From: an uncultured Erysipelotrichaceae bacterium
Lineage (GTDB): Bacteria; Bacillota_I; Bacilli_A; RF39; UBA660
Reading direction: 5' to 3'
DNA: 42,545 bases
Assembly (NCBI GenBank): GCA_902797275.1
Contig: CADBSI010000024.1
Coordinates: forward strand, 1-42,545
The notes under the pieces: model-generated
The model's input: only the letters and a program-made list of their open reading frames with translations
Told to the model about the DNA's origin: nothing
Database searches by the model: none
Program-made: the position numbers and the translations under genes
Shown here: piece after piece, positions 28,294 to 36,721 of the stretch
Layout: each line of letters opens with the position of its first letter
Numbering within the stretch: the stretch's first letter is position 1

Positions 28294-28302
28294 TCATTCT
28301 TT
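28274..28302. terminator. Bidirectional hairpin at convergent gene ends
   Basis: A perfect 11-bp stem: AAAGAATGATT (28274-28284) pairs with AATCATTCTTT (28292-28302). It is embedded in the last codons of both convergent genes. Confidence 0.45.
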
Positions 28303-29251
28303 AATATTTTATTTTATTAATTACTTCTATATGCCAGTCTTCTCTATAACTCGCATTTAAAAGAGGAAATGTTAAACCAAATTTACTAGCATTTTCATGA
28401 GCCCATCCCATACTAGGACAATTATAATCATTTCTACCATAGCCACAAACACTACCATCACTTTGATAAAACTCCAAATCCGAAGCAATTCCAAATCCAT
28501 GTAAGGAATAACCAGGGGGAGCTGCTCTTCCTCTTGTCATGGTATTATAATATTTAACTTGGGTATTATAACTTCTACATCCTTGACCACTCATAGTTAT
28601 TTTATACCCATTTTTACTTGCTTCTTCAATAAAAGCATTTAATCTTGTATAAAAATAATTGTTATAACCAAATGGATTATTATACCTATCTCTTTCTAAA
28701 TTACTAGAACAAGTTGTACCGGAGTAAGTACTATAATTACCATACCTATATTGAGGGTAATAAAAAACTCCATCAATAACGTATACTTTATTTTGTTTAT
28801 TATAATCAGTTTCATTTAAATTAAGTGTATCTTTTTTTATTTCTTCTACTTTTGTTTCTTCATTTTCATTTTCTTTAATATTATTATTTAAAGTAATAGC
28901 ATTTTCCAAATAACCATTCTTAGTACTTAAATCAAGATCTTTGTTTTTTAAAGAATTATAAACTTTAAAATAATTTCTATAAGCTTTAGATGAATAAGAA
29001 TAACAAACATTATTATTTAAAGTATTATGTAAAATAAAAGCAAGTAAAAATATAATAAAACAAGGAAAAAATAATTTAATTTGTTTTTTTAAATAATATT
29101 TATTAATAAAACCATTTTCTTTTTTATACTTAATCAATTTAATGAAAATTTTTTCAAAATAAATAAGTGGAATAACAGTCATACAAGAAGCTATAAATAC
29201 TTTTAAATAATAAGTAAACACTAATAAATTATAATTATTACATGTAAACAT
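28301..29251 (-). CDS. Membrane-anchored M15-family (VanY/DD-carboxypeptidase-like) peptidase
   Basis: C-terminal SLHGFGIASDL and REDWHIEV (H-x-x-G-x-A-x-D and E-x-W-H metal ligands). N-terminal TM helices. Start moved to the ATG at 29251, because GGGGGA lies 5 nt upstream of it and inside the track ORF. Confidence 0.7.
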   Translation of the reverse strand: MFTCNNYNLLVFTYYLKVFIASCMTVIPLIYFEKIFIKLIKYKKENGFINKYYLKKQIKLFFPCFIIFLLAFILHNTLNNNVCYSYSSKAYRNYFKVYNSLKNKDLDLSTKNGYLENAITLNNNIKENENEETKVEEIKKDTLNLNETDYNKQNKVYVIDGVFYYPQYRYGNYSTYSGTTCSSNLERDRYNNPFGYNNYFYTRLNAFIEEASKNGYKITMSGQGCRSYNTQVKYYNTMTRGRAAPPGYSLHGFGIASDLEFYQSDGSVCGYGRNDYNCPSMGWAHENASKFGLTFPLLNASYREDWHIEVINKIKY

Positions 29252-29471
29252 ATTTCCCCCTAAATCTGGCATATTGTACCATAAAAAGAGAAAAAAAGCA
29301 AATATTTGTTATATTTTTATAATATAGTATAAAACATTTTAAAATATTTAATTATATAATGTTAGTATTAATAATTAAAATAAATAAATTTTGATTGTAA
29401 AATAGGTCTTTTTCGTTGTCAAATTAATTGTTTAAAATATTATTTTGTGTTAATATTAAGATGAGGTTTAT

Positions 29472-29921
29472 ATGAAGGAATATTTTGATTATGCAACTAT
29501 GGTTGCAAGTAAAGGGGTTTTGAATGAAGAAGGAGGACCGTTTGGTGCTGTTATAGTAAAAAATGGAAAAATAGTTGGAATTGGTAATAATAAAGTATTA
29601 TTAAAAAATGATCCAACAGCTCATGCTGAAATAACAGCTATTCGCGATGCTTGTAAAAACTTAAATACTTATGACTTAACAGGTTGTATCATTTATTCAA
29701 CTAGTGAACCATGTCCTATGTGTTTATCAGCTATTATCTGGTCAAATATTAAAGAAGTATATTATGCAACTACTAGATTAGAAGTAGCAAGAATAGGTTT
29801 TCGTGATAATTTAATCTATGATTATTTAGAAAATAAAAATAAAAATGTAATTAAAATTAAAAAAATAGAAAATAAAGATTGTAAGGAATTATTAAATAAT
29901 TATAAAAATAAAATTTATTAG
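29472..29921 (+). CDS. CDA-fold nucleobase deaminase, guanine-deaminase (GuaD)-like
   Basis: 149 aa. GGPFGAVIVKNGKIVG, zinc ligands HAE and PCPMC. Confidence 0.7.
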   Translation: MKEYFDYATMVASKGVLNEEGGPFGAVIVKNGKIVGIGNNKVLLKNDPTAHAEITAIRDACKNLNTYDLTGCIIYSTSEPCPMCLSAIIWSNIKEVYYATTRLEVARIGFRDNLIYDYLENKNKNVIKIKKIENKDCKELLNNYKNKIY

Positions 29922-29928
29922 GAGGAGT

Positions 29929-30834
29929 ATGGAAAAATTAGGAGTTAAAAAAAATAATACAAATTTATTAAAAACTAATTATGCATCTGCTTTAACTGAT
30001 ATTTATTTCAAACAAATAACTGATAATCTTGATGTAGATCAAACAGTTAAAATGAAATATACATCACGTCTTAAAGAGGCTAGTTTAGAACTTAAAAATT
30101 GTTCTAATTGTTCTTCTTTACTTGCTTGTAAAAATGCTTTAGCAGGATTTATTTTAACCCCTAAAGTTTCTAATAATGCTATTACTTTTTCTTATCAGAA
30201 ATGTAAATATAAAGAGGAATGTGAAAAAATAAATAAATATAAAAATAATGTTTATTATTTTGAAATGCCTACTTTAATTAAAAATGCTAGTTTTAAAAAT
30301 ATTTATAAAGATGATTTAAAACGTTTAGAAATAATAAAAAAAATTAAATCTTTTTATGATGATTATAGAGAAAATAAAGATTGTAAAGGAATTTATCTAA
30401 CTGGTAATTTTGGTTCAGGTAAATCTTATTTAATAGCAGCTTTATTTAATGAACTTGCTAAACAAAATTATCAAAGTGCTATTATTTATTTTCCAGAATT
30501 TTTAAGAAGTCTAAAAGCAAGTTTTAATACTAGTAGTTTATATGAAGAAAAATTTGATTATATTAAAAAAGTACCACTTTTATTAATAGATGATATAGGA
30601 GCTGAAAAGTTAACTGATTGGGCAAGAGATGAAATACTAGGAAGTATTTTACAATATAGAATGGATTTTAATTTAAAAACTTTTTTTACTTCTAACTTAA
30701 CAATAGAAGAACTTGAAAATCATCTCCAATTTACCAATGGTGTAATTGATAAAGTTAAAGCTAGAAGAATAATCGAAAGAATTAAATATTTAAGTTGTGA
30801 AATTACTTTAGTAAGTGTTAATAGAAGGAGTTAG
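29929..30834 (+). CDS. dnaI: Primosomal helicase loader DnaI (DnaC/IstB-like AAA+)
   Basis: 301 aa. N-terminal Cys cluster (CSNCSSLLACKN ... CKYKEEC). Walker A GNFGSGKSYL, Walker B LLLIDDIG. AGGAGG RBS. Confidence 0.65.
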   Translation: MEKLGVKKNNTNLLKTNYASALTDIYFKQITDNLDVDQTVKMKYTSRLKEASLELKNCSNCSSLLACKNALAGFILTPKVSNNAITFSYQKCKYKEECEKINKYKNNVYYFEMPTLIKNASFKNIYKDDLKRLEIIKKIKSFYDDYRENKDCKGIYLTGNFGSGKSYLIAALFNELAKQNYQSAIIYFPEFLRSLKASFNTSSLYEEKFDYIKKVPLLLIDDIGAEKLTDWARDEILGSILQYRMDFNLKTFFTSNLTIEELENHLQFTNGVIDKVKARRIIERIKYLSCEITLVSVNRRS

Positions 30835-30837
30835 AAT

Positions 30838-32661
30838 ATGAAAGAAAGCAATATGTTAAGATTAAAAATAATATTAAAAAGCAGTGATTACAATAACTGT
30901 CGTATGCATTTAAATCTTGATGATAATGCTTTCTTTTTATTACTTATTAATATAATAGAAGATGCAGTTATTAACTATAATCCTATAAATAACTATGAAT
31001 ATTTAACTAAAGCTAGTTCTTATTTAAAAATATCTTATGAACAACTTAGTAAAAATAAAAAAAGTCATTATCACTCTTTAATAGCAAAACTTAAAAAATT
31101 ATATAAAAAAGCCATAGGAATGGTTGATTTATATGATCAAGAATACTTTCGTAATACTAGTATTAATTTAGAAGATATTTTAAGTAGAAAAAAAGAAAAA
31201 ATAATTAATAATGTAAATGATAATTATTTATATAAATTAGTCTATGAAACAATATTTAATTTTAAAAATTTAGAATACTTAGATATTTTAATTGAAAAAG
31301 ATCCTAGTATTGTAAATGTTAGCAAAGAAACACCTATTTTTTTAGATATAATTGATACTTATTTAAAATGTTTAAAAGATAAAGATAAGAAAAACTCTTC
31401 TTATTATTTGAGAGTAATTAACAAATTTCTTGATACAAATACATTTGAACTTGATAATCAAATAAGGGAAGATATTCTAGAAACTTTAAATGATTTTATT
31501 AATTATAAAAATGGTTTAACTAAAACTGATTTAGAAGATCTTAAAAATATAATTAGTAAATTAAAAAAGCAATATGTTTTAAATAATTATAATATTAATT
31601 TAGATGAATATGAAATGAATAAAAGTGAAATGGATATTTTAGAACACTTTGAAGATATGCTTGAGAATAGAATTTATTTAAATGATTATATTATAACTAT
31701 AGATGATATAGATTCAACTGTATTAGATGATGGAATATCAATTGAAAGACTTAAAAATGGAAATATCATGTTTAAAGTTCATATAACTGATCCTTTAGGA
31801 ATGTATAGTTATAATTCAAGTATTATAACTGATGCTAAGTTAAGAACAACAACTATCTATAATATAAATCCACCTAGTCAAATGCTACCAAGTATTTTAT
31901 CAAGTAATAAGTTATCGCTTTTAAAAAATAAAAAAAGACTTGCTAAAAGTTTTTGCTTTGAATTTAGTAAAGAACATGGAATAGTTGATTTTAAAGTTTT
32001 AAATACAGTTATAAATGTAAGTAAAAGACATACGTATACAGAAATAAATGATTTATATAAAAAAGGTGGAACAACTAAAGAAGAAACAGAAATGTTAGGT
32101 TTATATGATGAAGTTTTAAAATATTTGAAAAAATTATTTAAAAATGCTAAAATTTATGAAGAATTAAAAAGAGAAAGTATTATTGGTAATAAACAAGGAA
32201 CATCTTCTTTTTCAGAAAGTTTAATTAGTTATTTAATGATGTTTACAGGTTTTAAAACAGCTGAAATGTTTCATGATTTAGGTTATCCATATGCTTATAG
32301 ATGTCATAAAATAGATGAGAAATGGCTAATTATTTTAGATGAATATATAAAAAATCCCAAAGATATAAATCAAAAGAAAATGTTAATGGATATAAAATCT
32401 AGATTTCCTAAAGCTTTCTATACTAGATTTAATCAAGGACATAAAGGTTTAGACGTATCTTACTATTCTCATATTACCAGTCCTTTAAGAAGATTTTGTG
32501 ATATTTTAAATTTATTATGTTTAGATACTTGTTATTTTAAAAAGCCAACTGATAGACAAATTTATCAATTAGAAAAAGAAATAGATACTACTTGTGATTA
32601 TATAAATATGCAAAGTAATTCAATAGATGAGTATTTAAGTAAAATAAAAGTAAAAAAATAA
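30838..32661 (+). CDS. RNB-domain (RNase II/R family) protein with a novel N-terminal region; no CSD or S1 seen
   Basis: 607 aa. RNB motif I-like TIDDIDSTVLDDGISIE and motif IV SHITSPLRRFCDILN in the C-terminal 320 aa. The first ~280 aa are helical and unassignable. The start is 4 nt after the dnaI stop, with a GAAGGAG RBS. Confidence 0.6.
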   Translation: MKESNMLRLKIILKSSDYNNCRMHLNLDDNAFFLLLINIIEDAVINYNPINNYEYLTKASSYLKISYEQLSKNKKSHYHSLIAKLKKLYKKAIGMVDLYDQEYFRNTSINLEDILSRKKEKIINNVNDNYLYKLVYETIFNFKNLEYLDILIEKDPSIVNVSKETPIFLDIIDTYLKCLKDKDKKNSSYYLRVINKFLDTNTFELDNQIREDILETLNDFINYKNGLTKTDLEDLKNIISKLKKQYVLNNYNINLDEYEMNKSEMDILEHFEDMLENRIYLNDYIITIDDIDSTVLDDGISIERLKNGNIMFKVHITDPLGMYSYNSSIITDAKLRTTTIYNINPPSQMLPSILSSNKLSLLKNKKRLAKSFCFEFSKEHGIVDFKVLNTVINVSKRHTYTEINDLYKKGGTTKEETEMLGLYDEVLKYLKKLFKNAKIYEELKRESIIGNKQGTSSFSESLISYLMMFTGFKTAEMFHDLGYPYAYRCHKIDEKWLIILDEYIKNPKDINQKKMLMDIKSRFPKAFYTRFNQGHKGLDVSYYSHITSPLRRFCDILNLLCLDTCYFKKPTDRQIYQLEKEIDTTCDYINMQSNSIDEYLSKIKVKK

Positions 32662-32734
32662 AAAAAATTTAATTTTATTGCTTTTACTTGTAATTTTAAA
32701 ATTATAGTTTATAATTAAATTAAAAGGAGAATTT

Positions 32735-33424
32735 ATGAAAGAAAATAATTTAAAAGTTTTAGTTGTTATTTTAACAATATTAGTACTTTGTTTAGGAGGT
32801 TTTATTATTTACGATAAAGTATTAAAAGATAATAATATAGAAAATAAAGATAATGATAATAAGACTGATAATGATAATGACAAAGTTGTAGTAGATGATA
32901 GTAAAATAGAAATACATAATAGTATTGATTATGATAATTGTAATCTTGATTTAACTAATTCTGTTAATCGTTTTGTTTGCTATAATGAGAAATTATTTTA
33001 TAATGAGTATGCAAATGGTATAAATGCTAAAGATTTCTTAACTACTTATTTAACTTATTTTTCTTCTAAAAGTGATACTTTAATTCATGAAGAACAAATA
33101 AATGATATTAATTGGAAAAGAAGTATTAGTAAAAGTGCAAGTAAACAGTTAATTAATAAATACTTTGGCACTTTAGAAATACCTAAGTTAGACACAAGTA
33201 ATGAAGAATTTGTTTTACAAGAAGATAATGATAACTATTATATAATAGGAAGAAGTATTGGAATGGATAACAAGATTTTAACATTTAAAGCATCTGAAAA
33301 AATAGGTGATTATGAATATAAACTTATCTTTAATATAACAGATGGTTATTCTAATAATTTTGGTACTAGAACTATGAAAATTAAATTAAATGGTAATTAC
33401 TATCAAATAAAAGAAATTAGCTAA
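32735..33424 (+). CDS. Membrane-anchored hypothetical protein
   Basis: 229 aa. N-terminal signal-anchor VLVVILTILVLCLGGFIIY followed by a D/N/K-rich linker. AAGGAG RBS. Its last four codons lie inside the left direct repeat. Confidence 0.55.
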   Translation: MKENNLKVLVVILTILVLCLGGFIIYDKVLKDNNIENKDNDNKTDNDNDKVVVDDSKIEIHNSIDYDNCNLDLTNSVNRFVCYNEKLFYNEYANGINAKDFLTTYLTYFSSKSDTLIHEEQINDINWKRSISKSASKQLINKYFGTLEIPKLDTSNEEFVLQEDNDNYYIIGRSIGMDNKILTFKASEKIGDYEYKLIFNITDGYSNNFGTRTMKIKLNGNYYQIKEIS

Positions 33425-33440
33425 GGCTAATTTTTTTGTA
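33406..33440. repeat. Left copy of the 32-nt direct repeat (also the intrinsic terminator of the 229-aa gene)
   Basis: AATAAAAGAAATTAGCTAAGGCTAATTTTTTT (33406-33437) is identical to 36926-36957. GTA follows in both copies, after one extra T on the right. Hairpin AAATTAGC-TAAG-GCTAATTT plus T7. Confidence 0.9.
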
Positions 33441-33488
33441 AAATAAAAGTAAATAATATAATAATAAAAATGTTTATTCATAAATATA

Positions 33489-33497
33489 TGATACAAT
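33489..33497 (+). promoter_or_regulatory. Extended -10 element (TGaTACAAT) in front of the cassette
   Basis: TG at 33489-33490 and TACAAT at 33492-33497. No good -35 element. About 30 nt upstream of the ATG at 33527. Confidence 0.3.
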
Positions 33498-33526
33498 GTA
33501 TATGAGAATAGGAGTTGTATAAAAAT

Positions 33527-34813
33527 ATGAATATACAAAGAATAGAAAACGTTTTAAGTCAAATAGAAGTAAATAGAAATTATAAAGATTTTACTAATTT
33601 ATTATCATTAGAAGAAAGAAAACAACTCATTTATTATATTGAAACAGATCCAACCCTTGTTTCTGAGGTTATTAATAAATTTAAGGATGATAATTTTATT
33701 ACAAATTATTTTACGGAAGAAGAAGCAGCTAATATATATAACAATGAATTTAATGAATTAAGTGAACTATCAAAAAATATAGTAATATGTAATTTGAGTT
33801 TAATTTTAGCAAAAGAGGCACTAAAAAAATATACACCAGACGTAGAAATTATTAGGCTTATTTTGAAAAAATTATCTTCCGATTCTGAAAAAATGGAATT
33901 TATTAAACCTTATCTATCTAATTTATCTGATTATGATAAATTTAGAATATATGCACGTAGTTTAGATGAAATAGATTCTAAATTATTATGCATGAAAACA
34001 TATCCTGAGTGTTATACTAGTTTTCCACTTCTTTGTAGAAATGTAAAAACTGATGAGGAGATAAAAAAAATCATTGATTTTTATCAAAAAAATTTTCAGA
34101 ATTATCACTTTGAATATGAATCACAATTTGAAGAAATTCTAGCAAGTATGTTTTCAAGCTTTAGTAATGATAACTTGAAATTACAATATTTTGATAGTAT
34201 TTTAGGTGAATCTAATAAAGCAAAAATAATTCAAAGTTTGAAAGACGATAACTTAAAATTACAATATTTAGATATTTTTTTACTTGAATTAACTAAGGTA
34301 AGAATAATTCAAAGTTTAAAAGACGATAATCTAAAATTACAATATTTAACTAAATTCTATGAAGATAATTATAAAGCGCAAATAATTTTAACCATAAATG
34401 ATTTAAAAATCAAAGTTAAGGCTTTAACATTTTTAGATAATATTACTAGTTATTGTATTCATGCTGATTGGCTTGATGATGTTGAAAATATAAATGATGA
34501 CATAAACAGGGAAATAATTAGAAAAATAGCTGAAGAAAATGCTTTAAATTATGATAACCTTTTCCAACTTTTTTTGAAATTCGGTTATGGTATTAGAACT
34601 TTAGGAAACAATTTAATAAAAATTGTTAATTTATCTCCAGATGAATTTAAAAAAATAATTCAAATACTAGATATTAAAGAATCTTCAAAGTTAACAATGA
34701 ATGATGTTAATAATTTTATTCCTACATTTTATGAAAGAGAATTTAGAATTAATAATCGTGAGGAACTTTTAATTTTTTCTAGATTACAAAACTTAATTTT
34801 GAATAAAGATTGA
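33527..34813 (+). CDS. N-terminal part of a large uncharacterised repeat protein (ends at an in-frame TGA)
   Basis: The track ORF starts at TTG 33515, but AGGAG (33510-33514) abuts it, so the ATG at 33527 is more plausible. Helical sequence with three 26-aa tandem repeats. Same reading frame as 34913-36721. Confidence 0.6.
   Translation: MNIQRIENVLSQIEVNRNYKDFTNLLSLEERKQLIYYIETDPTLVSEVINKFKDDNFITNYFTEEEAANIYNNEFNELSELSKNIVICNLSLILAKEALKKYTPDVEIIRLILKKLSSDSEKMEFIKPYLSNLSDYDKFRIYARSLDEIDSKLLCMKTYPECYTSFPLLCRNVKTDEEIKKIIDFYQKNFQNYHFEYESQFEEILASMFSSFSNDNLKLQYFDSILGESNKAKIIQSLKDDNLKLQYLDIFLLELTKVRIIQSLKDDNLKLQYLTKFYEDNYKAQIILTINDLKIKVKALTFLDNITSYCIHADWLDDVENINDDINREIIRKIAEENALNYDNLFQLFLKFGYGIRTLGNNLIKIVNLSPDEFKKIIQILDIKESSKLTMNDVNNFIPTFYEREFRINNREELLIFSRLQNLILNKD
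34166..34399 (+). repeat. Three tandem 78-bp (26-codon) in-frame coding repeats
   Basis: GATAAC/T-TTG/TTA/CTA-AAATTACAATATTT recurs at 34169, 34247 and 34325 (period 78). Segments 34225-34270 and 34303-34348 match 43/46 nt. Peptide core (I)IQSLKDDNLKLQYL. Confidence 0.85.
34811..34813 (+). other. Single in-frame TGA separating two co-framed ORFs
   Basis: 33515 and 34913 are both in frame 2 (mod 3). The 33 codons from 34814 to 34912 contain no stop and read EGIINILSKINKIVDINDILEKNNINSDTFIDN. Confidence 0.9.
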
Positions 34814-34912
34814 GAAGGAATAATAAATATTTTATCTAAAATTAATAAAATTGTTGACATAAATGATATATTAGAAAAAAATAATATTAATTCAGATACA
34901 TTTATTGATAAT

Positions 34913-36721
34913 TTGTTAGAAAATGAAAATAATGAATTTTTACTTAATGTTTTGCATGAAATAACTAATAAATATTTAAATAAAATACGAAATTTATATG
35001 TGGCAGAAAGAAAAGAAAATGCAGAAAATGAGTTGAATTTAGATTATGATTATGATAAGAACTATTTAATATCTAAATTTTTTCAAAAATATGATATTCA
35101 ATATATTTATAATTTTATTAATAGTGAAATAGATAAAAGTAAATTATTGGATGATGGGCAAAGAAAATTATTGAATAATGAATCTTTACTTATAGAATGT
35201 CTTAAATTTATGAAAGATAAAGAACATTACCCAATGGATGAATTTTCTAAAATTAAAAGTAAGCTTAGATCATTAAATGGTATCTTAAATATATTATATG
35301 AAGAGAAAAAACTTGACTTTTTAGGTAATAAAAAAGATGAAAAAGCTAAAATTATTTTAAAACCGAAAGAAGTTGTATCTAAAGATTTCTTTATTAAAAT
35401 ATTAAATGAATTAGATATTGATTTATTGAGAGATAAACTTTTATCAAATCCTGAATTATATGAAAAAATGCTTAATATCTTAAAAAAATATAAGTTTATG
35501 AATTGGTCTGATACTTTTGAAAATTTATTAAAAGCTGCTGATTTATCATTTAATGAAAGAGATATTGCTATATTAATTAATTATTTTTATAGTTTTTATT
35601 CAAAGTTAGAAGCAAAACAACAAAATGGATTAATAGAAAGTATAAGATTATCAAATATTCTTGATGAATTGAGAACTTATGGTAGTTCCTCAATAAAATA
35701 TGATTATTTATTAGGAAAAGAAGATTCAGACCTTATTATTTCTAATCCAGGTCCTAATTCAGCTAGCTTAAAGGCGGAGGAAAGATTAAAAAAAGTGCCT
35801 GAGGAAATATTAATTCAATTTAAGAGAAAATATATTACAGTTCCTCCGATGGATTTGGATGTATCATTAGAAAATGGTAAAAAGATACATGTAGATATTG
35901 GTGATATAACAAGTACAATTAATTTAACATATGGTGAAAGAACAGGTGCGTGTATGCGAATTGGTGGTGCAGGTAGTAGTTTGTTTGATTTTTGTTTAGA
36001 AAATGAAAATGGTTTTCATATTAGATTAACTAATCCTATTACTGGTAATTTTATAAGTAGAGTAAGTGGTTTTAGAAATGGTAATACTGTGTTTTTAAAT
36101 CAACTTAGATATAGTTTAGATAAAGATATATCTAATTCTGATTTAATAGGTGTAATTAGTGTAGTAGCAAGAAAAATTGTTGAATTAACTAAAGAAAGTG
36201 AATATCCTATTAAAAATGTTGTTATATCTGATGGTTATGTAATGAGTGCACGACATAATGATAGAACTACATTAAATGTTAATGATGTAAAGAAAGGATA
36301 TAGTCATTTTTATTCAGATGTAAGTAGTAGTAATGCAATTTATTTAGAAAAAAATGATGAAATAGAAGTAGGACCTGAAAAAGCAGGAAAATATGATGTT
36401 TTAAGAAAAAGAATAATATGCTATGAAAATATAAATGAAATAACTGAACAAATTCAAAAATTTAATCTTATAAATGGTTTATTAAAGGGTAAATCATTAG
36501 GTGATATATCTATAATAGATGAAAAATTTATTATTAATATTAGTAAATTATATATGGGTGAAGACTTTTTAATAGCATTTGACTTTGATGGTAATATTCT
36601 TTGGAAATTTATTTTAGAAAGAGAAGATCATTTTAAGAAAAAAGCCAACGAAGAAATTAATGTATTAATTAATTATTTAAATGAAAAAGATTTAGTTAAT
36701 AAAGGAGGAAAAGCTAGATGA
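34913..36721 (+). CDS. C-terminal part of the same large uncharacterised protein (open from 34814); no family recognised
   Basis: 602 aa from a TTG that has no Shine-Dalgarno sequence. The open frame continues upstream to the TGA at 34811. It ends in a TGA that overlaps the next ATG. The least low-complexity segment is around GERTGACMRIGGAGSS...GFHIRL. Confidence 0.6.
   Translation: MLENENNEFLLNVLHEITNKYLNKIRNLYVAERKENAENELNLDYDYDKNYLISKFFQKYDIQYIYNFINSEIDKSKLLDDGQRKLLNNESLLIECLKFMKDKEHYPMDEFSKIKSKLRSLNGILNILYEEKKLDFLGNKKDEKAKIILKPKEVVSKDFFIKILNELDIDLLRDKLLSNPELYEKMLNILKKYKFMNWSDTFENLLKAADLSFNERDIAILINYFYSFYSKLEAKQQNGLIESIRLSNILDELRTYGSSSIKYDYLLGKEDSDLIISNPGPNSASLKAEERLKKVPEEILIQFKRKYITVPPMDLDVSLENGKKIHVDIGDITSTINLTYGERTGACMRIGGAGSSLFDFCLENENGFHIRLTNPITGNFISRVSGFRNGNTVFLNQLRYSLDKDISNSDLIGVISVVARKIVELTKESEYPIKNVVISDGYVMSARHNDRTTLNVNDVKKGYSHFYSDVSSSNAIYLEKNDEIEVGPEKAGKYDVLRKRIICYENINEITEQIQKFNLINGLLKGKSLGDISIIDEKFIINISKLYMGEDFLIAFDFDGNILWKFILEREDHFKKKANEEINVLINYLNEKDLVNKGGKAR

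Noticed and set aside
29252-29272. ATG at 29272 as the start of the M15 peptidase (323-aa version)
   Set aside because: The GGGGGA RBS lies within these codons, 5 nt upstream of the ATG at 29251, so the shorter version is more plausible.
29273-29471. Purine riboswitch upstream of the guanine-deaminase-like gene
   Set aside because: The 200-bp intergenic region is almost pure A/T. It has no conserved purine-riboswitch core and no stable three-way-junction potential.
34166-34399. Tandem repeats as a CRISPR-like or minisatellite array
   Set aside because: The period is exactly 78 nt (26 codons), in frame, with no unique spacers and only synonymous differences. This is a protein repeat.
34811-34813. 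In-frame TGA as selenocysteine
   Set aside because: There is no GC-containing SECIS-like hairpin in the ~50 nt downstream (GAAGGAATAATAAATATTTTATCTAAAATT...). There is no Cys or redox motif context, and no sel genes appear in the window.
34811-34813. In-frame TGA as evidence for genetic code 4 (TGA = Trp, as in Mycoplasma and Spiroplasma)
   Set aside because: TGA terminates pgk, spoVAD, yabG and others at their expected C-termini. TGG is used for Trp, and no other conserved gene here contains an internal TGA.
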